NCBI GenBank assembly: GCA_051892935.1
Contig: JBJFGS010000038.1
Coordinates: 1 to 64,000, forward strand
Length of the DNA: 64,000 nucleotides
Source of the DNA: Candidatus Coprovivens sp.
GTDB lineage: Bacteria; Bacillota_I; Bacilli_A; RF39; UBA660
Reading direction: 5' to 3'
Under the pieces are notes generated by a model. That model saw only the letters and a program-made list of their open reading frames with translations. It had not been told where the DNA came from and did no database searches. Position 1 is the stretch's first letter, and each line of letters opens with the position of its first letter. Both the position numbers and the translations under genes were made by a program. Of this stretch, positions 39,060 to 47,070 are shown in pieces.

Positions 39060-40140
39060 AATCTATAAAAACTCTTGGAACCCTATCTCCTATACAAGAT
39101 AAAATCTCATAATTAATAGTATCACACCAATTAGCTATTTCCTCCAATGTTATATTAACATTATCAAATATAAAGACTTCATCACCTACATTAACTTCAT
39201 TTAAATTACTAACATCTACCATAAACGAATCCATACAAACACTACCAACTATCTTACACTTTAAACCATTTATTAAAACATAACCTTTATTACTTAATGA
39301 TCTTCTTATTCCATCTGCATATCCAATACCAATAGTAGCAATTTTCATTTTCTTATCAGAAATATAACTTCTACCATAACTAATACTTGTTCCACTATCT
39401 ATCTCCTTTAAATAAGATATCTTACTTTTTAAAATAGCAATAGGTTTCAAATTAATCTTATCTAAAGTAGAATTACTCGAAGGATATCCATACATAATAA
39501 TTCCAGCTCTTACCATATTACATATATCAACCTTATAGTTTAATAAACCATTACTAGCACTACAATGTACATATTTAATAGTCTTTATCCTATCTTTAAT
39601 CTTAATAACACCATTATTAAATAATTCAATTTGTTTCATAGTATAATCATAATCATAATCAGCCGAAGAAAAATGTGTATACACTCCTTCCACTTCTATA
39701 TTATTAAAATCTTCTAAATCATTTATAAAAATATCCAAATCATTATAAGTTACACCAGTTCTATTCATACCTGTTTCTAACTCAATATGAACTCTAACTT
39801 TCTTATTACAATTATTTAATTTTTTTAAAAAATCAGTATTTGAAACTCCAACTACCAAATCATATCTAATAATATTATCTATATCTTCTATATATGGTTG
39901 ATTTAAAATAAATATATTTCCCATATATCCTATATCTCTTAAATTAATTCCTTCACTTACACAAGCAACAGCCACATAATTAAAATCTCTAATTAACTCT
40001 AAGCACTTATTTACATAAGTTCCATATCCATTAGCTTTAATAACAGGCATTATTTCTTTATCAGATACATATTTTTTTATTTGTTCTATATTATATTTAA
40101 AATTACTTTTACTTATTTCCATATAAGTTTGTCTATTCAT
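39058..40140 (-). CDS. alr: alanine racemase
   Basis: VIKANGYG PLP lysine, ETGMNRTG, YTHFS, ISYG, GYADG, VCMD, TINYE. Confidence 0.97.
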   Translation of the reverse strand: MNRQTYMEISKSNFKYNIEQIKKYVSDKEIMPVIKANGYGTYVNKCLELIRDFNYVAVACVSEGINLRDIGYMGNIFILNQPYIEDIDNIIRYDLVVGVSNTDFLKKLNNCNKKVRVHIELETGMNRTGVTYNDLDIFINDLEDFNNIEVEGVYTHFSSADYDYDYTMKQIELFNNGVIKIKDRIKTIKYVHCSASNGLLNYKVDICNMVRAGIIMYGYPSSNSTLDKINLKPIAILKSKISYLKEIDSGTSISYGRSYISDKKMKIATIGIGYADGIRRSLSNKGYVLINGLKCKIVGSVCMDSFMVDVSNLNEVNVGDEVFIFDNVNITLEEIANWCDTINYEILSCIGDRVPRVFID

Positions 40141-40175
40141 AATATCACCCATATAACTAATTATATTCATAAATA

Positions 40176-40210
40176 ATAAAAAGTGAGTAATTTTAAATAC
40201 TCACTTTACT
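40176..40210. repeat. 35-bp direct repeat copy 1 (terminator hairpin)
   Basis: ATAAAAAGTGAGTAATTTTAAATACTCACTTTACT, identical to 42221-42255. Confidence 0.9.
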
Positions 40211-40215
40211 CTTAG

Positions 40216-42156
40216 TTAACTTAACCATTTCAATTTATCTTTAAACATCCTTCTAAAAATTAAAATCAAAGATATAACACTTAAACCTAATATAATAATA
40301 ACATCAAATGTATTTGGATTATCAGGTATCTTAATAAAAGTAGCTTCAATCAAAACATCAGATGAAGGCATTGTAAAATGGTAATCAGTAAAAAACAATA
40401 TATTCCCATTTACATCCGTTACTTTAACTTTTTCAAGAATATATCCCTCTTTAGGAGTAACAATAAATTCAATTTCTTGACCACTAAATTCAGAACTTTT
40501 AGATACTTGTACCTCTCCATTACCATCTGTTTTAGTATAAATATAAAAAGGAAAATCATAATATAAAATCTGTTTACCTAATAAATCTTCATCACTACTA
40601 TAATCACCAATTCCAGTAGGACAATAAAAATTAAAATTTTCGATTAAAACAATAACTATAGCTTCATCTTTAACAAAAAGTATATTAGGTGACATATGAA
40701 TACTACTTACATCACCTGAAAAATCTCTTATAATATTACCTTTCTTATCAAAAATTTTAATATAAGAACCTTTTTGCGTATTCCAAGAAACTATCAAATA
40801 ATCACTTAAGTATTCTTGTATTTTAGCAGAATACATTTTAGTGAAACAAGGATAATTATCTGCATAATCTGGATATAACGACTTATCATCAACATCCCAA
40901 TCACTAAGATCCTTCATTGATAAAACATTATAATCCTTATCTAAGAAAAACAAAACAGACTTCTTTTCATATCTATTATTGATATCACGCGAAAGATATG
41001 CAACTACAAAGTATTTTCCACTATCATCTTTATAATAATCAAAGTCAGAATATAAATTAGTACCATCATCTAAATAATCATTAATAGAACTACTAATCAT
41101 ATAACTATCACTCATATTAGAATTAGAATTATTAATAGGAACAGCTTCTAAAGAAGTAACAGTCACTAAAGATAAATCATCAGAAACCTTTGAATATCTA
41201 TTATACAAAGCATCTCCATCATAAACATAAATATTTCCATTATTTAAATAAAATTCATAATGATAATCAGCTGGAGCATATTGTTTAAGAGCTTTTTTTG
41301 AATTAGAAATCGAATTTTCTTTAACTACTTTCAAATCTAAATTTAATAAATATAAATGTATAGTATAATAATTAAAACCATAATCGCTACTATTAGAATC
41401 CGTAGTTTTAGGTACATAACTTATTGAAGAAACATATATTTTATCGTTTAAAATATAATATTTAAACTTATACTGATTAATACCAGATTCCTTAAGATCA
41501 ATCGAAGCAATCAATTTTTTATTTTTATCATATTTATAAAAATAATTATCATAATGTACTAAAAAACTACCATCTGACAATGATGTAACTGGTTTAAAAG
41601 TATAATTATAATCAATATAAAGTTCATTTCCATAATAATCACCTACAACAAAAACATCATTCTTTTTCTCTACAGAAAATCCTCCAAAAAGACTAAAATC
41701 ATCCTTATTTAATAACTCTAAATTTGCATCAAATCTTTCAAAATAGATATTTATATTAGGTTTTGAAAGATTAGAAGAAAAAACTAAAAGTGAATCATCA
41801 TTTACAAAAAAATACTCAATTGTTCCAGTAACATATACAGAATTAACTTCTTTTAATTCTTCATTAATAAGTAATAGTTTATTGCTAAACACTAATATCA
41901 ATTCATCATCATCTAACTGAACAACCGAAAAATATTCCTTATAATCCATACTTTCGCTTTTATTACCATCTTTATCATAAGAATATAAAACAGTATCATT
42001 TTTAAAAAATATTTTATTATTAGTCAAATACGAATCAGATACATTCGGAATACTCTCTCTTATGCTCCATTTTAATTCTAATTTATCAATATTAGAAGCA
42101 TTAACAAAAAATGGAATCAATAATAAAACCAAAAATAAAAAAACATTCTTTTTCAT
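40216..42156 (-). CDS. secreted/cell-wall-anchored protein with C-terminal divergent InlB B-repeat-like domain
   Basis: Signal peptide; G.G.V..S....G..I...V.P.EGY.L..V.V..FTMP..DV.I.ATF; NPNT motif, TM and basic tail. Confidence 0.78.
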   Translation of the reverse strand: MKKNVFLFLVLLLIPFFVNASNIDKLELKWSIRESIPNVSDSYLTNNKIFFKNDTVLYSYDKDGNKSESMDYKEYFSVVQLDDDELILVFSNKLLLINEELKEVNSVYVTGTIEYFFVNDDSLLVFSSNLSKPNINIYFERFDANLELLNKDDFSLFGGFSVEKKNDVFVVGDYYGNELYIDYNYTFKPVTSLSDGSFLVHYDNYFYKYDKNKKLIASIDLKESGINQYKFKYYILNDKIYVSSISYVPKTTDSNSSDYGFNYYTIHLYLLNLDLKVVKENSISNSKKALKQYAPADYHYEFYLNNGNIYVYDGDALYNRYSKVSDDLSLVTVTSLEAVPINNSNSNMSDSYMISSSINDYLDDGTNLYSDFDYYKDDSGKYFVVAYLSRDINNRYEKKSVLFFLDKDYNVLSMKDLSDWDVDDKSLYPDYADNYPCFTKMYSAKIQEYLSDYLIVSWNTQKGSYIKIFDKKGNIIRDFSGDVSSIHMSPNILFVKDEAIVIVLIENFNFYCPTGIGDYSSDEDLLGKQILYYDFPFYIYTKTDGNGEVQVSKSSEFSGQEIEFIVTPKEGYILEKVKVTDVNGNILFFTDYHFTMPSSDVLIEATFIKIPDNPNTFDVIIILGLSVISLILIFRRMFKDKLKWLS

Positions 42157-42220
42157 AATTACACGACCTTAATACACTACACTATTCATAAAAATTATAA
42201 CACATATAAAATAACAAAAT

Positions 42221-42255
42221 ATAAAAAGTGAGTAATTTTAAATACTCACTTTACT
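42221..42255. repeat. 35-bp direct repeat copy 2 (terminator hairpin)
   Basis: Identical to 40176-40210. Confidence 0.9.
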
Positions 42256-42279
42256 ATTTCTTAACTAATATTTTAAAAA

Positions 42280-42921
42280 TTAAACTACATATAAATAAAT
42301 CATAAAAAAGTGTAATATACTAGCACCAACTACAAAGAAATGAAATATAGAATGCATATATTTTTTCCTACGACCAATTGCATATAATATTGCTCCGATA
42401 GAATATACAATACCTCCACCAATTAATAAACACAATCCATTAATTGGGCAAGCATCAATCAATGGTTTAATAATAATTAAAGCTGCCCATCCTAACAATA
42501 AATTACAAGCTAAACAAACCTTATTATATTTATCAATATCTATACAATTTAAAACAACTGCTAAAATAGTGACAGCCCATACTATTCCAAATACTGTCCA
42601 TCCAAGACCACCACCAAGTAAAGACAAACAAATTGGTGTATAAGTACCAGCAACCATTAATAAAACATTACAATGATCCATAACTCTTAATACCTTTTTA
42701 CCTTTTAATTTAGGACTTAAAGAATGATAAATACAAGAAATAATATACAAAACAATCATTATAGAAGCATAAATAACTCCTGTAACAATTCCAATAGCAC
42801 TATTAGCTTTTATAATAAGTAAAACCAATGCCGCAATTGCCAAACCTGCTCCTACGCCATGACTAATGGCATTAACAATTTCTTCACCTAAAGTATATTT
42901 AGGTATACTAACTTTCCCCAT
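42280..42921 (-). CDS. hemolysin III / PAQR family membrane protein (TrhA-like)
   Basis: EEIVNAISHG, S.IYH, DH..V..MVAGTYTP, YSIGA..Y, HSIFHFFV. Confidence 0.93.
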   Translation of the reverse strand: MGKVSIPKYTLGEEIVNAISHGVGAGLAIAALVLLIIKANSAIGIVTGVIYASIMIVLYIISCIYHSLSPKLKGKKVLRVMDHCNVLLMVAGTYTPICLSLLGGGLGWTVFGIVWAVTILAVVLNCIDIDKYNKVCLACNLLLGWAALIIIKPLIDACPINGLCLLIGGGIVYSIGAILYAIGRRKKYMHSIFHFFVVGASILHFFMIYLYVV

Positions 42922-42983
42922 AATATCACCTACAAACAATTATACACTAAAAATAATATGCAACTAATTAAATTTTATTAAAA

Positions 42984-43337
42984 CTAATTATTATTCTTTA
43001 TCGTACCTTGATGAAACAACAACTTACACTCATCACCAGTATCAACCCATATACTAGTCCTTAATGTTTCAAAAGCTTCACCTTCAATAGAAATATAATG
43101 AATTAAATAATACATATCTGAAAGTCGCTTAACTGTTAAATCTTTAATTTCAATATTTCTATTTTCAGAGCCAAACAAAGAGTCTACAATTTCTTTCTTA
43201 TAATAAATTAAACCACTTTTACCATATTCCATATAATCATCATGAAATATTCTATCTAAATATTCCCGATCATTCAAATACTCCTTTTTAAATAAGCTTT
43301 TCTCTAATTCATAAAACATAAATTCAAACTCATCCAT
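42984..43337 (-). CDS. DUF4440 (NTF2-like) protein
   Basis: HDDYMEYGKSG..Y.K, RTSIW, LLFHQGT. Confidence 0.85.
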   Translation of the reverse strand: MDEFEFMFYELEKSLFKKEYLNDREYLDRIFHDDYMEYGKSGLIYYKKEIVDSLFGSENRNIEIKDLTVKRLSDMYYLIHYISIEGEAFETLRTSIWVDTGDECKLLFHQGTIKNNN

Positions 43338-43405
43338 AAAATCACCTTACAAATATATTATACAATAATTAACTTAAACAAAAAAGAAATACAACATTTG
43401 TACTT

Positions 43406-43927
43406 CTATTTACTTAAACTAAGTTCTTCATCTGCATTTACTAAAACTACTTTTCCAAAATGACTATAATCATAATGATCAAAAGATTCATTATATATAG
43501 GACTAACAACTACCATTTCATTATTTATGTACCATACATCCATTCCATAAGTTTGAGTTGTTCCAATTTTAGTTCCTAAAGAAGTAAAATTTTCGATATC
43601 TAATATTTCATAGCCTTCAGGAACAGAAATAGATAATCTCTCTATATCTGTTGAATTTTTATTATCAAAATTATAACGAATCATAAAAACATGTTCACCA
43701 GGAGCAAATTCCTTACTTCCAGGTGCTACTTCATAACTATCAATATTATCAATATCAGACTTTTCAATTTTAGATGAATTATCTTTTAAATATTTTTCAC
43801 CATCAGTAATAACAATCATATCAGGATTCCCTGAAACATAAGCTTGGGTCTTTTCTCCACAACCACTAAGTAGCCCAACAGACACCGCAAGTGCCATAGT
43901 TAAACTTACTATTCTCTTTTTTTCCAT
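43406..43927 (-). CDS. lipoprotein of unknown function
   Basis: Lipobox LSGC; FAPGEH..VPEGYEI..VWYIN..YSHFG. Confidence 0.75.
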   Translation of the reverse strand: MEKKRIVSLTMALAVSVGLLSGCGEKTQAYVSGNPDMIVITDGEKYLKDNSSKIEKSDIDNIDSYEVAPGSKEFAPGEHVFMIRYNFDNKNSTDIERLSISVPEGYEILDIENFTSLGTKIGTTQTYGMDVWYINNEMVVVSPIYNESFDHYDYSHFGKVVLVNADEELSLSK

Positions 43928-43945
43928 AATATCCCCCTATAATAA

Positions 43946-44446
43946 TTAATGTTTATTAGAATATTCACAATAAGTATTAGAAATAATACTTCCTGGATTA
44001 CTATATCTAATTTCATCAGTTTCACTATCTTTTTCACCTTTTACTAAAACAAAAGATGAATTATAAAAAATTACTTTTATCAAACCATTATAATTATCTA
44101 AATCTTCAAGAGAATAACCATTCTCATCAACAGGTTCTAAAGCTTCATACCCTTCCGGTAATGAATTTATATAACTTATATACATATCCTTCTCTAAAGG
44201 AAATTTAAACATTCTAAAATATATATGAGTATTAGGTTCAAATACTTTTACTAAAGAAGTATCATCATTTTTTTGTAATTTATTATTATTTAATAACGAT
44301 AATAGCGAAATAGAAGAAGTAATTTTTAAATCATCTTTAAATTCTTTAAAAGACAAAAAAAATTCATCTCTCAAATCATTAAATAATATAGACAAATATG
44401 TAAAAGAATTCCTAATATTAGAACTAATATATTCTTTTAAAACCAC
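43946..44446 (-). CDS. hypothetical protein, paralog of the downstream lipoprotein
   Basis: FEPNTH..LPEGYEA..IFYN..YSNPG; GAGGTG RBS. Confidence 0.7.
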   Translation of the reverse strand: MVLKEYISSNIRNSFTYLSILFNDLRDEFFLSFKEFKDDLKITSSISLLSLLNNNKLQKNDDTSLVKVFEPNTHIYFRMFKFPLEKDMYISYINSLPEGYEALEPVDENGYSLEDLDNYNGLIKVIFYNSSFVLVKGEKDSETDEIRYSNPGSIISNTYCEYSNKH

Positions 44447-44521
44447 TTTAATTCACCTCGCTAATGCCTAGAATTATACCACATTACGCAAGAAAAAGCC
44501 AATTTACATAAAAAAGGAGTA

Positions 44522-46279
44522 TTATTCTAATACTCCCTTAATTCTTCTAACACCTGCGGAACTAGCTTCTTCCTTCTTAATTTTAAAATGCCCCAATTCA
44601 CTAGTATTTTTAACATGTGGCCCACCACATAATTCTTTTGAAATAACACCATATTTATCATTACCAATTGAATAAACCGTAACTACATCAGGATACTTTT
44701 CAATAAACATACATTCAGCACCAGACTTAACAGCAACATCTTTTGGCATTTCTTCTACATTTACATCTAAACCAGCACTTATCCATTCATTTACCAAGTT
44801 TTCAGCAGCACTTTTTTCCTCATCAGTTAATTTATGATCACAACTAAAATCAAATCTCATTCTCTCAGAAGTTATATTAGAACCTTTTTGATGAACATCA
44901 GAACCAACCACTACCTTTAAAGCTGCGTTAAGTAAATGTGTACAAGTATGATACTTAGTTTCAACTTCTCCATCACCAGCTAATCCACCTTTAAATTTAC
45001 CAGCAGAAGCCGTTCTACTCTTTTCTTGATGTTCTTTAAACTTAAGAGCAAAACCTTCAGAATCGACTTTTAATCCTTGTTCTGATGCTAATTCTTCAGT
45101 AAGTTCTAAAGGAAAACCAAATGTATCAAATAATCTAAATGCTGTTGCTCCATCTAAATCTTCACCATTACGAGTTACCTTTTCAAATTCTCTCAAACCC
45201 TTTTCTAAAGTTCTATTAAATTTTATTTTCTCACTTCTAAGTACTTCTAAAACAATATCATAATTATCAACTAATTCCTTATAATAACTCTTATATTTAT
45301 CTAATATTAATTTAGCTATTTCTTGTTCCCAATCACCATTAATATCAATATTTAAAGTCTTAGCATGTCTAATAGCTCTTCTAATTAGTCTTCTCAAAAT
45401 ATATCCTTGATCAGTATTACTAGGTTTAATTGAAGCTGGATCAGCACTTATAAAAACAGCAGTTCTTAAATGATCAGCAATTATTCTCATACTCTTTTTA
45501 TTATCTTCATACTTAACACCAGATATTTTAGAAATAAGTTCGATAACATCTTTCCAGATAGAAGATTCATAATTATCATTAACTCCTTCTAATATAGCAG
45601 TAGTTCTTTCAACACCCATACCAGTATCAACATTCTTCTTAGGTAATTCTGTTATACTGCCATCTTTACCTTTATTAAACTGCATAAAAACATTATTCCA
45701 GATTTCCACCCATCTATCATCTTCAGGATCAAAAATACTAGGTACCTCATCATCACTTCTAAAATAAAATATTTCCGTATCAGGTCCACAAGGTCCAGTT
45801 TCTCCAGCTATCCAGAAATTATCATCTACCGTACGAGCAATTCTTTCTTCAGGAATACCTAAACTTAACCATTTATCATGACTTACTTGATCAAATGGAA
45901 TTAACTCATTACCAGCAAAAACAGTAACAGCTAACTTTTCTATAGGTATATTTAAATACTTAGTTAAAAATTCAAAACTCCATTCAATACTCTCATCTTT
46001 AAAGTAATCACCAAGACTCCAATTGCCTAACATTTCAAAGAACGTATGATGTGTTGTATCTCCTACTTCATCTAAGTCATTAGTTCTAATACATTTTTGA
46101 TAATCACATAATCTTGTTCCATAAGGATGCTTTTGCCCCATTAAATATGGTATTAATGGCATCATTCCAGCAGTATTAAATAATACAGATGGATCATTTT
46201 CAGGTACTACAGGAGCACTAGGTATTTGTTTATGTTCTTTACTAACAAAAAAATTAATATATAAATCTTTTAAATTCAT
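44522..46279 (-). CDS. alaS: alanine--tRNA ligase (short form, no C-Ala domain)
   Basis: LFNTAGM, FFEMLGNWSLGDYFK, GPCGP, EIWNNVFMQ, DTGMG.ER, HTCTH..CGGPH editing site, AGVRRI. Confidence 0.98.
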   Translation of the reverse strand: MNLKDLYINFFVSKEHKQIPSAPVVPENDPSVLFNTAGMMPLIPYLMGQKHPYGTRLCDYQKCIRTNDLDEVGDTTHHTFFEMLGNWSLGDYFKDESIEWSFEFLTKYLNIPIEKLAVTVFAGNELIPFDQVSHDKWLSLGIPEERIARTVDDNFWIAGETGPCGPDTEIFYFRSDDEVPSIFDPEDDRWVEIWNNVFMQFNKGKDGSITELPKKNVDTGMGVERTTAILEGVNDNYESSIWKDVIELISKISGVKYEDNKKSMRIIADHLRTAVFISADPASIKPSNTDQGYILRRLIRRAIRHAKTLNIDINGDWEQEIAKLILDKYKSYYKELVDNYDIVLEVLRSEKIKFNRTLEKGLREFEKVTRNGEDLDGATAFRLFDTFGFPLELTEELASEQGLKVDSEGFALKFKEHQEKSRTASAGKFKGGLAGDGEVETKYHTCTHLLNAALKVVVGSDVHQKGSNITSERMRFDFSCDHKLTDEEKSAAENLVNEWISAGLDVNVEEMPKDVAVKSGAECMFIEKYPDVVTVYSIGNDKYGVISKELCGGPHVKNTSELGHFKIKKEEASSAGVRRIKGVLE

Positions 46280-46280
46280 T

Positions 46281-46799
46281 CTACTTCATTCCTTCCAATA
46301 TCTCTTTTACTTTTATTTCCAAATTAGAATCAAAATCATTCATAATAATATAATCAAAATTATTATAAGAATCTAATTCAGTTTCAGTATGATGCATTTT
46401 TTCACTATAAGTTAAATCTCTAATACTTTTATTACAATTAACTCTAATAGTAATTGTTTCATAATCAATTAATTTCTTAAAATACTCAATTTCATTTATT
46501 AATCTAACATCACTAATTACAACATTAGAAATTCCTTCACTTTCATAAACCTTTATATCTTCTAATAAACGATTAGTTAAAAAATTCTCATCAATCGCTC
46601 GTAACTTATCCCCCATATTTTGTAGATATTCTCTAGGTTTTGTAATATCTCTTCCATCCCAATTAGTTAATTCTAACGTAAATAATTTTATATATTTACT
46701 AAAAGAAGTAATAACAGTATTATCAAGATTATTCTTTATAATATCAGCGACTTCATTTTTACCACATCCAGCTTTACCAGCAACTAAAAATATCTTCAT
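46281..46799 (-). CDS. P-loop nucleoside-monophosphate kinase-like protein (dNMP kinase-like)
   Basis: GKAGCGK, REYLQ..G..LR, ISDVR..NE, H.TETELD..FDYII.N; AAGGAG RBS. Confidence 0.8.
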   Translation of the reverse strand: MKIFLVAGKAGCGKNEVADIIKNNLDNTVITSFSKYIKLFTLELTNWDGRDITKPREYLQNMGDKLRAIDENFLTNRLLEDIKVYESEGISNVVISDVRLINEIEYFKKLIDYETITIRVNCNKSIRDLTYSEKMHHTETELDSYNNFDYIIMNDFDSNLEIKVKEILEGMK

Positions 46800-46812
46800 A
46801 AGAACACTCCTT

Positions 46813-46998
46813 AAATAAAAAACCACATTACTTGCCAAGGAGCAAATAATGCGGTACCATCCTTTATTTTACTTAATTCATATAACGGTTTAATCCGGTT
46901 AATCTCAGATAGGTAGCTATTTCCTTTTTCTTTTTCTTAGTTCCCACCAACCACTAAGTCTCTATAAAATTTCCAAAGTACTTTGCCTTCTTCATAGA
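46813..46998 (-). promoter_or_regulatory. T-box riboswitch (Ala)
   Basis: AGAGA and GGTGGGA stem I motifs, specifier GCT (46915-46917), AAGGATGGTACCGC T-box, alternative 13-bp terminator plus U tract. Confidence 0.92.
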
Positions 46999-47070
46999 TT
47001 AATAACAAAATCAATAACTAGATTATATATGAATATTTTAAATTTGTAAAGTTTAAATTATTTTTTTAAT

